Below are positions 10,282 through 21,979 of a stretch of DNA of 64,000 nucleotides, piece after piece. The stretch comes from Pseudomonadota bacterium (GTDB lineage: Bacteria > Pseudomonadota > Gammaproteobacteria > Burkholderiales > Methylophilaceae). How positions within the stretch are numbered: position 1 is the stretch's first letter; each line of letters begins with the position of its first letter. Position numbers and translations under genes: made by a program. The notes below the pieces were generated by a model. It saw only the letters and a program-made list of their open reading frames with translations. It ran no database searches and had not been told where the DNA came from. Location of the stretch: positions 12,708 to 76,707 of the forward strand of contig JAGVMP010000015.1 of NCBI GenBank assembly GCA_020053735.1, given 5' to 3'.

Positions 10282-13200
10282 TTATGTCAGCTTTTTATGC
10301 AAGTCTTGAATAGACTCTACTTGTAACTCTTGCATATGCGCCATACCGATACACGCAGCCTTCGCGCCAGCCAGCGTCGTGTAGTAAGTGACTTTGTTTT
10401 GTAATGCGCTACGGCGAATTTCGTAACTATCCGCCACCGCTTTTTTATCTTCGGTTACATTCACAATAAAGCTGATTTCGTGGTTCTTAATCATATCCAC
10501 CACGTGCGGCCTACCCTCTGCAACTTTATTCACGGGGGTTACAACCAGACCATATTCCTTCAACACGTTTGCAGTGCCCTTTGTTGCTACCAAAGAAAAC
10601 CCCAGTTTTGCTAAATCGTGTGCAATATCCACTACTTTTAGATGATCTTCATTGCGTACGCTAATAAAAGCACGCCCACCCTTAGGTAATTTTTCTGATG
10701 CGCCAAGTTGCGCTTTAACAAACGCTTCAGCAAATGTTGCGCCAACGCCCATCACTTCGCCTGTCGATTTCATTTCAGGACCAAGGATGGTATCAACACC
10801 CGGGAACTTGATAAACGGAAACACGGCTTCTTTCACTGAGTAATACGGTGGAATCACCTCTTTAGTGACGCCTTGTGATTTCAGACTTTGCCCCGCCATG
10901 CAACGCGCTGCAATTTTTGCCAGTTGCAAACCACAAGCTTTTGACACAAACGGCACTGTTCTTGATGCGCGCGGATTCACTTCTAGCACATAGACTGTTT
11001 CGCCTTGAATAGCAAACTGCACATTCATTAAGCCTTTAACGCCAAGCGCCAAGGCCATTTGCACGGTTTGTACGCGCAATACATCTTGCAGTTCTTTGCT
11101 TAGACTATAAGGCGGCAATGAACAAGCTGAGTCACCTGAGTGAACACCCGCTTGCTCTACGTGCTGCATAATGCCGCCTATCAGCACGTCCTCACCATCG
11201 CAAATCGCATCTACATCAATTTCTAGTGCGTCATTTAAAAAACGGTCTAGCAGCACAGGCGAATCGTTCGATACTTTCACCGCTTCGCGCATGTAGCGCT
11301 CTAATTGGCTTTGCTCATGCACAATTTCCATGGCACGACCGCCTAACACATAACTTGGGCGCACCACCAGTGGATATCCAATTTCATTGGCTGCAATAAG
11401 CGCCGCCTCTGGCGTACGCGCAGTGCGGTTTGGTGGTTGTTTTAAGCCTAAATCCTGCAGCATTTTTTGAAAGCGCTCACGGTCTTCAGCGCGGTCAATC
11501 GCATCTGGCGTGGTACCAATAATGGGCACACCTGCTTTTTCTAAACCTCTTGCCAATTTAAGTGGAGTTTGGCCGCCATACTGCACAATCACGCCCACTG
11601 GCTTTTCGATGTGCACAACTTCCAGCACATCCTCCAGTGTCACCGGCTCAAAATATAAACGGTCACTGGTGTCGTAATCGGTCGAAACGGTTTCAGGATT
11701 ACAGTTAACCATGATAGTTTCGTAACCGTCATCACGCATAGCAAACGCGGCATGCACGCAGCAATAATCAAACTCAATACCTTGGCCAATTCTATTTGGA
11801 CCGCCCCCCAGCACCATGATTTTTTTCTTATCTGTTGGTGCGGCTTCGCATACTTGCTCGTAGCTAGAATACATATATGCCGTATTGGTGGCGAACTCTG
11901 CCGCGCAAGTATCGACACGTTTATACACCGGGCGAATATTGTGTGCTTGGCGATAGGCGCGCACCGCGTGCTGGTCGGTTTCTAACAGCGTAGCCAATCT
12001 GCGGTCGCTAAATCCACAGCGTTTTAATTTGAACAGCGCATTCTTATCAAGATCGGCAATGTGTTTACCTTTTAATGAAGCTTCGCGCGCGATAATATCT
12101 TTAATTTGCGCCAGAAACCAAGGGTCAATTTTGCTGATATTAAATATCTGCTCAATGCTCATGCCCATTCTAAAGGCGTCGCCCACATACCAAATACGTT
12201 CTGGCCCAGGCTCGCCCATTTCTTTGGTAATACGGTCAATGTCATTACTGATTTCGTCTAGGCCATCTACGCCAACCTCAAGCCCACGCAAGGCTTTTTG
12301 GAATGACTCTTGGAAGGTACGGCCAATCGCCATCACTTCGCCCACCGACTTCATTTGCGTGGTGAGACGCGAATCTGCTTGCGGGAATTTTTCAAAAGCG
12401 AATCTTGGTATTTTAGTGACCACGTAATCAATGCTAGGCTCAAAGCTGGCTGGGGTTGCTCCACCCGTAATATCATTCTTCAATTCATCCAGTGTAAACC
12501 CCACCGCCAACTTAGCTGCCACCTTAGCAATCGGGAAGCCAGTGGCTTTTGAAGCCAACGCAGATGATCGCGACACACGTGGATTCATCTCAATCACAAT
12601 CATGCGGCCATTGTCTGGGTTAATGGCAAATTGCACATTAGAGCCGCCCGTATCGACGCCAATTTCGCGTAATACCGCCAAGCTGGCATTACGCATGATT
12701 TGATACTCTTTGTCCGTTAAGGTCTGTGCTGGTGCGACAGTGATTGAATCACCCGTGTGCACACCCATCGGGTCAAGGTTTTCAATTGAGCAGATGATGA
12801 TGCAGTTGTCCGCCTTGTCGCGCACCACTTCCATCTCATACTCTTTCCAGCCCAGCATCGACTCTTCAATCAATAGCTCTTTGGTGGGTGATGCGTCTAA
12901 GCCACGCTCGCAAATGGTGATGAATTCTTCGCGATTATAAGCAATGCCACCCCCACTACCGCCCATGGTGAACGAAGGGCGAATAATGGCTGGGTAGCCA
13001 ATACTGGCTTGCACTTGCAACGCTTCTTCCATGCTATGCGCAATGCTAGAACGTGCAGAATCCAAGCCAATTTTGGTCATCGCCTCTTTAAATTTTTGAC
13101 GATCTTCGGCTTTGTCGATAGCCTCTTTTGAAGCACCAATCATTTCCACCTTATATTTAGCCAGCACGCCGTACTTATCTAAATCCAAGGCACAGTTAAG

Positions 13201-13485
13201 CGCGGTTTGGCCGCCCATGGTGGGTAGCAAAGCATCGGGACGCTCTTTTGCAATGATTTTCTCGACTACTTTCCAAGTAATTGGCTCGATGTATGTCGCA
13301 TCTGCCATTTCTGGGTCGGTCATAATGGTGGCAGGGTTCGAGTTCACCAAAATCACACGGTAACCTTCTTCACGCAACGCTTTGCAGGCTTGTGCGCCCG
13401 AGTAATCAAACTCGCAGGCTTGGCCAATGACGATAGGCCCTGCACCAATAATGAGAATGGACTTAATATCTGTACGCTTGCCCAT
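10282..13485 (-). CDS. carB: Carbamoyl-phosphate synthase large subunit
   Basis: 1067 aa; '[18 protein letters not shown]', duplicated ATP-grasp domains, C-terminal MGS domain. Confidence 0.99.
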   Translation of the reverse strand: MGKRTDIKSILIIGAGPIVIGQACEFDYSGAQACKALREEGYRVILVNSNPATIMTDPEMADATYIEPITWKVVEKIIAKERPDALLPTMGGQTALNCALDLDKYGVLAKYKVEMIGASKEAIDKAEDRQKFKEAMTKIGLDSARSSIAHSMEEALQVQASIGYPAIIRPSFTMGGSGGGIAYNREEFITICERGLDASPTKELLIEESMLGWKEYEMEVVRDKADNCIIICSIENLDPMGVHTGDSITVAPAQTLTDKEYQIMRNASLAVLREIGVDTGGSNVQFAINPDNGRMIVIEMNPRVSRSSALASKATGFPIAKVAAKLAVGFTLDELKNDITGGATPASFEPSIDYVVTKIPRFAFEKFPQADSRLTTQMKSVGEVMAIGRTFQESFQKALRGLEVGVDGLDEISNDIDRITKEMGEPGPERIWYVGDAFRMGMSIEQIFNISKIDPWFLAQIKDIIAREASLKGKHIADLDKNALFKLKRCGFSDRRLATLLETDQHAVRAYRQAHNIRPVYKRVDTCAAEFATNTAYMYSSYEQVCEAAPTDKKKIMVLGGGPNRIGQGIEFDYCCVHAAFAMRDDGYETIMVNCNPETVSTDYDTSDRLYFEPVTLEDVLEVVHIEKPVGVIVQYGGQTPLKLARGLEKAGVPIIGTTPDAIDRAEDRERFQKMLQDLGLKQPPNRTARTPEAALIAANEIGYPLVVRPSYVLGGRAMEIVHEQSQLERYMREAVKVSNDSPVLLDRFLNDALEIDVDAICDGEDVLIGGIMQHVEQAGVHSGDSACSLPPYSLSKELQDVLRVQTVQMALALGVKGLMNVQFAIQGETVYVLEVNPRASRTVPFVSKACGLQLAKIAARCMAGQSLKSQGVTKEVIPPYYSVKEAVFPFIKFPGVDTILGPEMKSTGEVMGVGATFAEAFVKAQLGASEKLPKGGRAFISVRNEDHLKVVDIAHDLAKLGFSLVATKGTANVLKEYGLVVTPVNKVAEGRPHVVDMIKNHEISFIVNVTEDKKAVADSYEIRRSALQNKVTYYTTLAGAKAACIGMAHMQELQVESIQDLHKKLT

Positions 13486-14633
13486 TAACTCGGCTTCCTT
13501 TGCTTCATCATTTCAATAAATTGGTCAAACAACTCACTCATTTCGGTGGGTCCTGGACTCGCTTCCGGGTGGCCTTGAAAGCTAAACGCAGGTTTATCAG
13601 TAAGCGCAATGCCTTGCAAGCTACCATCGAATAAAGACACATGGGTAATTTTCACATTGCTGGGCAAGGTTGCAGCATCGGCAGCAAAACCGTGGTTTTG
13701 GCTAGTAATGAACACGCGCTTGCTTGCTATCTCTTGCACGGGATGATTCGCACCATGGTGACCGAATTTCATCTTGAGTGTTTTGGCACCAGACGCCAGC
13801 GCCAACAATTGATGTCCCAAACAAATACCAAATGTTGGGATGCCCGTTTCCACCAAGATTTTAATGGCACTAATAGCGTAATCGCAAGGTTCAGGATCAC
13901 CTGGGCCATTCGATAAAAATATGCCATCTGGCTTATAGCTTAGCGCAACCTCTGCACTGGTTTGTGCTGGCAGCACGGTTACTTTACAGCCACGCGACAC
14001 CAGCATGCGTAAGATATTGCGCTTAACGCCATAATCAAAGGCAACCACATGATATTGTTGTGCGGGCGCTGCGGTAAAACCCTTGCCTAGCGTCCATTCC
14101 CCTTCAGCGAATTCGTAAGCCGTTTTACAGCTCACCACTTTGGCTAAATCCATGCCACTTAGTCCTGGAAAAGCTTGGGCATTTTGTAAAGCAATTTTTT
14201 CATCCACCTCGCCCGCCATAATGCAGCCTGCTTGCGCACCTTTTTCACGCAAATGCCGCGTCAGCGCTCGCGTATCAATATCAGCAATGGCAACAATATG
14301 ATTAGCTTTTAAATAATCACTTAAGTTTTGCGTGCTGCGGAAATTACTCTCCAGCAAAGGCAAATCGCGAATGATTAAACCCGCTGCATAGATTTTTCCC
14401 GATTCAACATCTTCAGCATTGATGCCAGTATTGCCGATATGCGGATAAGTGAGTGTAACGATTTGTTCGGTATAAGATGGATCCGTAAGAATTTCTTGAT
14501 AGCCAGTCATGCTGGTGTTAAATACCACCTCGCCGACAGTGTGCCCAGAGGCGCCAATTGCAATGCCTTTAAAAACAGTTCCATCTGCTAACACTAACAC
14601 TGCTGGAATTGCTTTTGGCACAGATTGTAACAC
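13485..14633 (-). CDS. carA: Carbamoyl-phosphate synthase small subunit
   Basis: 'GEVVFNT', 'LSNGPGDP', 'GICLGHQ', '[10 protein letters not shown]'; TAATG overlap with carB. Confidence 0.98.
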   Translation of the reverse strand: MLQSVPKAIPAVLVLADGTVFKGIAIGASGHTVGEVVFNTSMTGYQEILTDPSYTEQIVTLTYPHIGNTGINAEDVESGKIYAAGLIIRDLPLLESNFRSTQNLSDYLKANHIVAIADIDTRALTRHLREKGAQAGCIMAGEVDEKIALQNAQAFPGLSGMDLAKVVSCKTAYEFAEGEWTLGKGFTAAPAQQYHVVAFDYGVKRNILRMLVSRGCKVTVLPAQTSAEVALSYKPDGIFLSNGPGDPEPCDYAISAIKILVETGIPTFGICLGHQLLALASGAKTLKMKFGHHGANHPVQEIASKRVFITSQNHGFAADAATLPSNVKITHVSLFDGSLQGIALTDKPAFSFQGHPEASPGPTEMSELFDQFIEMMKQRKPS

Positions 14634-14693
14634 TGGTCACTCCTTAATTTTCGATGCGGCGCACATGGTTTAATAGGCAAAACTAGATGTGCA

Positions 14694-14768
14694 AAACGGG
14701 AGGAGCTTGTTGGACTCTTCCCGTTTCAGAATTGCCGAATTATAGCGGAATTTAGCTTAAGGTTCAAG
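14694..14768 (-). promoter_or_regulatory. sigma70-like carA promoter and 5' leader hairpin
   Basis: Minus strand TTGAAC (14767-14762), 17-nt spacer, TATAAT (14744-14739); hairpin AAACGGGA..TCCCGTTT then T-run at 14726-14693. Confidence 0.65.
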
Positions 14769-15398
14769 CTGGCTTTGTAGATTTAACAACTGCTTATCGT
14801 GTAAATGCCCTAACAAAACTTGTGCAAAAATCGCGCCAATCAATGCTAAAAGCATATCCCACTGCGTATCCCATATGTCGCCTTGCGTCCCCAAAAAGTC
14901 CTCTGCAGCCCCTCCCGCAGCCACTGCCACCCACCATTCGACAAACTCATAGCAGGCACTAATGCTTAGACAAATACAGCACACCACAAAAAATAACCAA
15001 GCACCAGTTTTGACAACAAAATTCCTGATTAAAATTTCGCGCGCAATGATGGCTGGCACAAAACCCTGTGCAAAATGCCCAATGCGGTCGTAATAATTCC
15101 TATCCAAATCAAATGTTTCTTTAAGCCAACTGAATACAGGCAACTCATTGATTGGAACCAAGGCATAAGTGTAATGACCGCCAATCATCAGAATAATGGC
15201 ATGGATGAGTATTAAAATGTACAACAGTCGCGTAAGCGGAAATTTTTGATGCGTAAAAAACAAAATTGGCAGCGCAATAATGACAGGCATCACTTCTAAC
15301 AACCAAGTGAAAAAATCATGTGGCTTAATGGCTGACCACACAAACACCACGGCAAATATGGACAACAAAGCACCAAAAAAACATACTTGCCGTGTCAT
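14757..15398 (-). CDS. DUF2238/YjdF-like inner membrane protein
   Basis: 'WLLEV.P', 'GGHYTYA', 'RNYYDRIGHFAQG', 'GTQGDIWDTQWDM'. Confidence 0.85.
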   Translation of the reverse strand: MTRQVCFFGALLSIFAVVFVWSAIKPHDFFTWLLEVMPVIIALPILFFTHQKFPLTRLLYILILIHAIILMIGGHYTYALVPINELPVFSWLKETFDLDRNYYDRIGHFAQGFVPAIIAREILIRNFVVKTGAWLFFVVCCICLSISACYEFVEWWVAVAAGGAAEDFLGTQGDIWDTQWDMLLALIGAIFAQVLLGHLHDKQLLNLQSQLEP

Positions 15399-15416
15399 AT
15401 TGCTACAAAAAAATTA

Positions 15417-16643
15417 TTAATCTGGCTGGTAAATTGCATAACAATTGCGCCCTTGACGCTTGGCTACGTACATGGCGTCGTCGGCATATTTAATTAGGTG
15501 GCTCGGGTTATCATCATGCTCAGGGTAAAGCGCTATGCCAATACTCACACCCACTTGCAAAGTTTTCCCAGCAATATCAAATGGCTTAGCAAGCTCACTA
15601 ATCACCTTTTCGGCTGTTGCGATTACCTGTTGTTCATCCTTAAGCTTGGGCAGCAAAATCACGAACTCATCACCACCAATGCGCGCCACTGTGTCTTCCG
15701 CGCGCAACAGGCTAGTCAAGCGATCAGCTACTTTTTTGAGCAGTTGATCGCCAATCACATGCCCGTACGTATCATTAATCACCTTAAAATAGTCCAAATC
15801 TAAAAACAGTACCGCAACGACATTCTGAGCACGACTTGCTTCTTTAAGCGCCTGTTGCATCCTATCTTCCAGCAAGCGGCGATTTGGTAGTCCAGTCAAA
15901 GCATCATTATTCGCCAGCTCAGACAGCGCAGATTGAGAATGGAATAGTTGCGCCAATAGTTTTTCGCGCTTTTTACTTTGAAAGATAAGTCCAGCCAGAA
16001 TCACTAAAAAGAACAAAGTAATCATAGTTGGCGCAATAATTTTTTTGTAGATTTGCTGATTCCAATTACTTACCGCCACATCTATACCCAGCATGACAAA
16101 GTTGGGCGTTTCGATTGTAGTAGTGAGTGGCACATGTGCGCTTACCCAAGTGCCCCAGCGATCCGTGACTGGCCCCTCAACCAACGACTTCCTAGTCTGC
16201 ATCCCTCGCTTTAATGCATCACTTGCCTCTACAAACACGTCTCCTAAATGTGAAATTTCTGACGGTGGTTGTGGGCTAGCATCCAATAAAAACTTTACCT
16301 GCAATTTATTTTTTTGATTTTGTACGTACAGCAAATAAATGAAATGGCAATTTCTATTGGCTTTACACGCGCTGTTTAATTGATGCTCTAATTGGGCTAA
16401 ATCGGTCTTATTGATATTATTCGGATTGGTGTTGAGCGTAGCTGCATGCGGCTGCCAATCTATGGATTGCTCGATGGTTTTTGCATAAGTAATTAAATTA
16501 TCACGCATTTCTTCATCTTGAGTTTTAGCAAGATAAAATATGTAGAACATACCTATCAGCAAGGTGAGAAAAAACAGGACTCTGTACCAATATTTGGCTT
16601 GGTTTTGTATGCGCTGAAATTTAATGAATTCGAACAGTTGCAA
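15417..16643 (-). CDS. Membrane-anchored diguanylate cyclase (GGDEF)
   Basis: Two TM helices around a periplasmic sensor; 'DALTGLPNRR', 'DLDYFKVINDTYGH', 'RIGGDEF'. Confidence 0.92.
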   Translation of the reverse strand: MQLFEFIKFQRIQNQAKYWYRVLFFLTLLIGMFYIFYLAKTQDEEMRDNLITYAKTIEQSIDWQPHAATLNTNPNNINKTDLAQLEHQLNSACKANRNCHFIYLLYVQNQKNKLQVKFLLDASPQPPSEISHLGDVFVEASDALKRGMQTRKSLVEGPVTDRWGTWVSAHVPLTTTIETPNFVMLGIDVAVSNWNQQIYKKIIAPTMITLFFLVILAGLIFQSKKREKLLAQLFHSQSALSELANNDALTGLPNRRLLEDRMQQALKEASRAQNVVAVLFLDLDYFKVINDTYGHVIGDQLLKKVADRLTSLLRAEDTVARIGGDEFVILLPKLKDEQQVIATAEKVISELAKPFDIAGKTLQVGVSIGIALYPEHDDNPSHLIKYADDAMYVAKRQGRNCYAIYQPD

Positions 16644-16682
16644 GGACTTGAGGATTTAACGTACTAATTTTTTAAATTGAGA

Positions 16683-17486
16683 TTATTTCAAACTCAATAC
16701 ATCGCGCATATCGAACAAACCTGACTTTTTGCTTTGCAAATACTTAGCTGCACGTAAAGCACCGAGTGCAAACGTTGCACGACTGCTGGCTTTGTGAGTG
16801 ATTTCCACGCGCTCGCCTATGCCAGCAAACACCACTGTGTGGTCTCCTACAACATCGCCACCGCGTAATGTGGCAAAGCCAATTTTGCCAGCCTCACGCT
16901 CACCAGTCACACCTTCGCGTGCATAGATAGCGCAATCTTTCAGATCTTGCCCTAAACCAGCTGCCGCCGCCTCGCCCAATCTTAAAGCCGTACCAGATGG
17001 CGCATCCACTTTATGGCGATGGTGCATTTCTACCACCTCAATATCGTAACCATCATTCAATACTTTAGCCGCTTGCTCAACCAAATCTAGCAGCAAAGTC
17101 ACGCCCACACTCATGTTAGGCGCAAACACAATCGCCACTTTTTTGGCAGCGGCTTCAATTTTGGCTTTTTGCTCTACAGTAAACCCCGTCGTACCAATCA
17201 CCTGTTTTACTTTGTATTGCTGGCAAATTTCTAAATAATCCAAACTTGCCTCAGGCCGCGTAAAATCAATCAGCACATCTGCGCCTTGCAGCGTTTCTGC
17301 AGCATCATCACTAATATATACGCCTGTGTTTTTGCCCACTGACTCACCAGCATCGCGACCAATACTGGCGCTACCAGTTCGGTCAAGCGCACCAAACAGT
17401 TGCAACTCAGCATCGTCAACCACACCTTGAATCAGCGCTTGACCCATGCGCCCACTGGCGCCTGCTATTACAATTTTTGTCGTCAT
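16683..17486 (-). CDS. dapB: 4-hydroxy-tetrahydrodipicolinate reductase
   Basis: 'GASGRMG', 'IDFTRP', '[15 protein letters not shown]'. Confidence 0.97.
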   Translation of the reverse strand: MTTKIVIAGASGRMGQALIQGVVDDAELQLFGALDRTGSASIGRDAGESVGKNTGVYISDDAAETLQGADVLIDFTRPEASLDYLEICQQYKVKQVIGTTGFTVEQKAKIEAAAKKVAIVFAPNMSVGVTLLLDLVEQAAKVLNDGYDIEVVEMHHRHKVDAPSGTALRLGEAAAAGLGQDLKDCAIYAREGVTGEREAGKIGFATLRGGDVVGDHTVVFAGIGERVEITHKASSRATFALGALRAAKYLQSKKSGLFDMRDVLSLK

Positions 17487-17519
17487 AATATTTTACTTAA
17501 AAATTTTAACTTAAAACCT

Positions 17520-18602
17520 TTAAAAACCAATCTTCTCTAACATGCGCTCAAAGTAGCCTGGCGCCTCTTCTGGCGGTAATGGTGCTTCTATTTTTTTTGG
17601 TTTAGCCACCGTTTTATTACTAGTAGCATCGCTTTTAATTTCGGCTTCTGGCGCCGCTTCAATTGGTGCTTGTAGGTTATTCAAATCTAGATTTCGATCC
17701 ATTCTGAAAATCAATGGCTCGCCTGCTTTGGCTGCCGGCATAGGCACAGGTGCTTTTGGCTCGTCAGCCTGCGGCGCTTCCACCTGCGGGGCCTCTATGA
17801 GTTGAGGCGTTTCTACAGGCTTTACTTTTTCCGCAGGCGCCGCTTCTGTCACGGGAGCTTCAATTACTGGTGCTGTAATGACAGGCGCTTCTACAGCTGG
17901 TGCGCTAGTCGCAGGCGCATCTAACTTTGGCGCTTCAACTACTGGAACATCAGTTGCTGGCACATCAACTGCAGGTGCATCAGGCGCCAGCACACCACCA
18001 ATTGGCACCGCTAATACAGATGGTACCTCTGTCGTTGGCGCTTCGCCAGCGGGTGCATCTGCACTGCTTGCTGGTGCATCGCCAGCAGGCGCTTGGATAT
18101 TGGCTTCTGGGGCATCAGTTTTTTCTCGCGCGGCGGGCAGCTTCTCATTTTCTTTTGCAGGCTCATCACTTTTCCAGAACTTCAGCTTCTCTGACCAGCT
18201 TTTTTCTTGTTTAGGTTTTGGTTCTACCGTAATGGTTTTCGCAACGCTCGACTCATTGCCAGTAGCCGCCCCAGCTGTGCCCTGTGGCACGACATCACCA
18301 CGTACCTTGGTCAGTAAATCTTTATCAAAATCCAAAATCACACGTCGCTGCTCGACAATTTTGCCTGCTTGACGCAATTGATAAAAATAATCCCAACGGT
18401 CTTTATGAAAGCTATCCACAATGAGTGGCGAGCCCATAATAAATTTGACCTGCGATTTAGTCATGCCAGGCCGCAATTGCAGTAGCATCTTAGAGGTGAC
18501 TACATTACCTTGCTGGATATCCATTTTAAATGGTTTTATGGTAGGAATAGTCGAACCGCAACCAGCCAACAAGAGGGAAAGAACGATTAAAAAATAGCGC
18601 AT
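17520..18602 (-). CDS. bamE: Outer membrane assembly lipoprotein BamE with long Pro/Ala/Glu-rich C-terminal extension
   Basis: Lipobox LLAGC, 'DIQQGN', 'PGMTKSQVKFIMGSP', 'RWDY'; dapB-bamE/fur synteny. Confidence 0.92.
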   Translation of the reverse strand: MRYFLIVLSLLLAGCGSTIPTIKPFKMDIQQGNVVTSKMLLQLRPGMTKSQVKFIMGSPLIVDSFHKDRWDYFYQLRQAGKIVEQRRVILDFDKDLLTKVRGDVVPQGTAGAATGNESSVAKTITVEPKPKQEKSWSEKLKFWKSDEPAKENEKLPAAREKTDAPEANIQAPAGDAPASSADAPAGEAPTTEVPSVLAVPIGGVLAPDAPAVDVPATDVPVVEAPKLDAPATSAPAVEAPVITAPVIEAPVTEAAPAEKVKPVETPQLIEAPQVEAPQADEPKAPVPMPAAKAGEPLIFRMDRNLDLNNLQAPIEAAPEAEIKSDATSNKTVAKPKKIEAPLPPEEAPGYFERMLEKIGF

Positions 18603-18743
18603 GAATTTATGGAGTTAAAGACTTATTACTAAATTGGCGTTAATATAACACGTCGGGACTTAGGCTAAAACCTTAATAGTGGTTTTAGTCGATTTAACCC
18701 TTCATTATTAGTCAAAACTTATTGGTAAAAAACGAGCAAAATT

Positions 18744-19169
18744 ATGCATGATCAAAAAGACTTAAAAAACGCTGGACTGAAGGCAACGTTGCCGCGGCTA
18801 AAGATTTTAGAGCTATTTGAAACCAGTAAAGAGCGCCATCTGTCAGCTGAAGATGTATATAAAATTTTAATCACCACCGGTGAGGATGTTGGCTTAGCAA
18901 CGGTGTATCGCGTACTCACACAATTTGAAGAGGCAGGGTTATTGTCGCGCCACCACTTTGAAAGTGGTAAGGCGGTATTTGAGCTAAACGAAGGCACGCA
19001 CCATGATCACATCGTATGCGTTAAATGTGGCCGTGTAGAAGAGTTTTACGACGAAGAAATTGAAAAGCGCCAAAAAGATGCAGCAGAATCGCGCGGCTTT
19101 GTCATGCAAGAACATTCGCTGATGATTTATGGCTTGTGCGCTAAACAACCTTGCGGCCCAAAAAGGTAA
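18744..19169 (+). CDS. fur: Ferric uptake regulator
   Basis: '[12 protein letters not shown]', 'GLATVYRVL', 'HHDHIVC'. Confidence 0.98.
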   Translation: MHDQKDLKNAGLKATLPRLKILELFETSKERHLSAEDVYKILITTGEDVGLATVYRVLTQFEEAGLLSRHHFESGKAVFELNEGTHHDHIVCVKCGRVEEFYDEEIEKRQKDAAESRGFVMQEHSLMIYGLCAKQPCGPKR

Positions 19170-19296
19170 TTACGCAAAAAGATAGGCAAGCAGCATTTTT
19201 AGCGTGTCTTCTTGATGGGGAAGTAGAACGTTTGATTAAGTAAAATCTAAACAAAAAAGTAATAACAATTATAATTTTTTTGAAAGGTTTAACAAG

Positions 19297-20898
19297 GTGC
19301 TTAACATGTTTAAACAATATTCTTCCATGGTTGCATCCTTAGTTCCAAAGGTAGTCAATTATTCTTTTGCGTTTGTTTTAGCCGCCACCCTCGCCGCTTG
19401 TGGCACCAACCCTGTTACCAAGAAAAAAGAATTTCAATTCGTTTCGCAAGATAAAGAAATCGCCATTGGCAAAGAAAACTACTCGCCTGCGCGCCAATCA
19501 CAAGGCGGCGATTATATTATCGATCCCGAACTCACCGCCTATGTGCAAAGCGTCGGCAATCGTCTAGCCAAAGTATCCGATCGCCCCGATTTACCTTATG
19601 AATTTGCAGTGTTAAACGATTCTGTGCCCAACGCTTGGGCAATGCCAGGCGGCAAAATCGCCTTTAATCGTGGCTTATTGTACGAGTTGAATAGTGAGGC
19701 TGAATTAGCAGCTGTGATGGGGCACGAGATTGTGCATGCGGCGGCGCGCCACGGTGCTAAAAACATGGAACGCGGCATCTTTATGCAAGGCGCAATGATT
19801 GCAGTGGGCATTGGCACGGCCAATACTGATTACGCCAATTTGGCCGTGGGTGCTTCGCAACTTGGTGCGCAATTAATCGGCAGTAAATATGGGCGCGATG
19901 CTGAAAGCGAATCTGATTATTACGGCATGCTATACATGAAAAAAGCGGGTTATGACCCTGCCGCCGCGGTGACCCTACAAGAAACTTTTGTACGCTTAAG
20001 CAAAGATCGTAAAAGTGATTTTATTACCGGCTTGTTTGCTAGCCACCCACCCTCCCAAGAACGCGTCGATGCCAACAAAGTCACCTTAGCCAAAATTGGT
20101 GCTGGCGGCGAGATGGGTAAAGAAGCTTATGCGCAAAAAGTGGGTAAACTCAAAGCCACCCAGCCCGCTTACAAAGCCTATGATGATGCCATTGCCGCGC
20201 TGAAGAAAAATGACACCGCCACTGCCACCACCTTGGCACAAAAAGCCATTGCGGGCGAGCCTCGCGAACCGCGCTTTCAAGAATTATTGGGCGACATTGC
20301 GCTGAGCCAAAAGAAAAACCAAGAGTCACTAGTTTATTACGACAAAGCCATTAAAATACAGCCCGATTACTTTAAACCGCACGTGCAAAGTGGCATTGCG
20401 CTGTATAACATGGGCAAAAAAGCGGAAGCCGAGCCATTTTTAAAACGCGCCAATGAACTGCTGCCCACCGCGCCCGGTCATGCGCTGCTAGGCGATATTG
20501 CCGAAGGTCGTGGCGATATTGACGGCGCCTTAAAACATTATCAAATTGCCGCCACTTCAAATTCTGAGATTGGAAAACAAGCCAACGAACATGCGGTTAA
20601 AATTGATTTGCCGCGCAACCCTGCTAAATATATTCGCAGCGGCGCGCAGGCAGATAATAGTGGCAACTTATTTGCGGTGGTAGAAAACGGCACTAGCTTG
20701 CCTGTTGGTCGCGTGCAAGTACGCGTGGTGAAATACGATGCACAAACAGGCCGCGCTATTGGGCAAAGCCAACCGTTAATTATCAACGGCGTACAACCTG
20801 GCAAACGCAACCAAATAGCGGTTGGTGAACGCGTAAAAACCGCGCAAGAAGCGCAGTTGTACAAGGTGGTGGTGGAAGCGGCGGAGTTGGTTAAATAA
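19297..20898 (+). CDS. M48-family metalloprotease lipoprotein with TPR repeats (BepA-like)
   Basis: Lipobox LAACG, 'PNAWAMPGG', HEIVH zinc motif, 'ESESD', 'ASHP', C-terminal TPR-like helices. Confidence 0.88.
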   Translation: MLNMFKQYSSMVASLVPKVVNYSFAFVLAATLAACGTNPVTKKKEFQFVSQDKEIAIGKENYSPARQSQGGDYIIDPELTAYVQSVGNRLAKVSDRPDLPYEFAVLNDSVPNAWAMPGGKIAFNRGLLYELNSEAELAAVMGHEIVHAAARHGAKNMERGIFMQGAMIAVGIGTANTDYANLAVGASQLGAQLIGSKYGRDAESESDYYGMLYMKKAGYDPAAAVTLQETFVRLSKDRKSDFITGLFASHPPSQERVDANKVTLAKIGAGGEMGKEAYAQKVGKLKATQPAYKAYDDAIAALKKNDTATATTLAQKAIAGEPREPRFQELLGDIALSQKKNQESLVYYDKAIKIQPDYFKPHVQSGIALYNMGKKAEAEPFLKRANELLPTAPGHALLGDIAEGRGDIDGALKHYQIAATSNSEIGKQANEHAVKIDLPRNPAKYIRSGAQADNSGNLFAVVENGTSLPVGRVQVRVVKYDAQTGRAIGQSQPLIINGVQPGKRNQIAVGERVKTAQEAQLYKVVVEAAELVK

Positions 20899-20940
20899 TG
20901 TACATTAAGTTTAATTAGATATTTTTTACTTTAGACTCGA

Positions 20941-21507
20941 ATGACAACAGATCTGCCACTACAATCAATTGCAGCTATAGCCACTGTAGTTGCTGCATTG
21001 ATTACAGGAGCCATTTCCTTTGTAAATTTAGTCTTAACAAAGGAACAAAAAACCTCAGAATTTAGGCAAGCTTGGGTTGATGGCCTTAGGAATGATTTAG
21101 CCAGTTTCTTCGCTGCAGCACGAGTATTTGCTAGAGCAGTAGAAAAAGCTATTTTAGACAATGATTCGAAAGCACTTGCCCAAAGAGAAAGCGATCTCCG
21201 TCATCAGGCTGCAGATACCCACTGCAAAATCAAGCTCCGTTTAAATCCTGATGAAGAGGAGCACAAAGAATTATTACGCCTGATTGATCGAGCAATCACC
21301 GAGCAGAACACTATGCTTACCCAAAAAACGGATATCACAGAAACAATTAGAGCCATTGATATAGCAACTGAATACGCCCGTCCTATTTTGAAAAAAGAAT
21401 GGGTACGGGTAAAAGAGGGCGAATCCTCATTTCAAGTGGCGCGTAATTTAGCATTTATCGTTGTGGTAGTGTCAATTATCCTTATAGTCTTTGTTCTAAG
21501 ATCCTAG
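20941..21507 (+). CDS. Hypothetical protein with N- and C-terminal TM helices
   Basis: 188 aa ORF; hydrophobic termini, helical middle 'KEQKTSEFRQAWVDGLR'. Confidence 0.7.
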   Translation: MTTDLPLQSIAAIATVVAALITGAISFVNLVLTKEQKTSEFRQAWVDGLRNDLASFFAAARVFARAVEKAILDNDSKALAQRESDLRHQAADTHCKIKLRLNPDEEEHKELLRLIDRAITEQNTMLTQKTDITETIRAIDIATEYARPILKKEWVRVKEGESSFQVARNLAFIVVVVSIILIVFVLRS

Positions 21508-21577
21508 CATCTCTTTAGCATGACTTCGTATGGTCTAAGCCCACATAGGGCACAATAACTGAAAGGCATTGCGCCAG

Positions 21578-21976
21578 ATGCAGGAAATTATTAAGTTATT
21601 ACTTTTAATATCATTTCCATTAATTTCAGGCTGTGCCGACTTAACTGATGCTGCAACGCGTTTTGCTTACGATATTGAGACGGGTGAAAGCCGCTTAGGT
21701 AAGTCTGATGGCGACAATTACAGCATTCAACACAAAACACCCTCAAAAGCAGATGAATGCACTGGGGCATACAAAGTGCAATTAGATAAAGTTGGTGCGT
21801 TTATTATTTGGTGCTACGACACTGCTGGCAACACTGTATCTAGCCATAGCACTAGTTACCATGCGCGTTTTATCGATACGCCGCAAACTTACCTATTAGA
21901 TAAACCTGCAGGCTCGACGCTGACGGTTGATTTGGAAAGGCGCGCTGGCCGCGCTGTTGTTACTAATGTTCGATAA
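21578..21976 (+). CDS. Hypothetical lipoprotein (paralog 1)
   Basis: Lipobox LISGC; 'DAATRFAY'; ATG at 21578 (ORF track starts at TTG 21569). Confidence 0.7.
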   Translation: MQEIIKLLLLISFPLISGCADLTDAATRFAYDIETGESRLGKSDGDNYSIQHKTPSKADECTGAYKVQLDKVGAFIIWCYDTAGNTVSSHSTSYHARFIDTPQTYLLDKPAGSTLTVDLERRAGRAVVTNVR

Positions 21977-21979
21977 TGC

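Noticed and set aside
19255-19285. Fur box downstream of fur / upstream of the M48 gene
   Set aside because: AT-rich but a poor match to GATAATGATAATCATTATC
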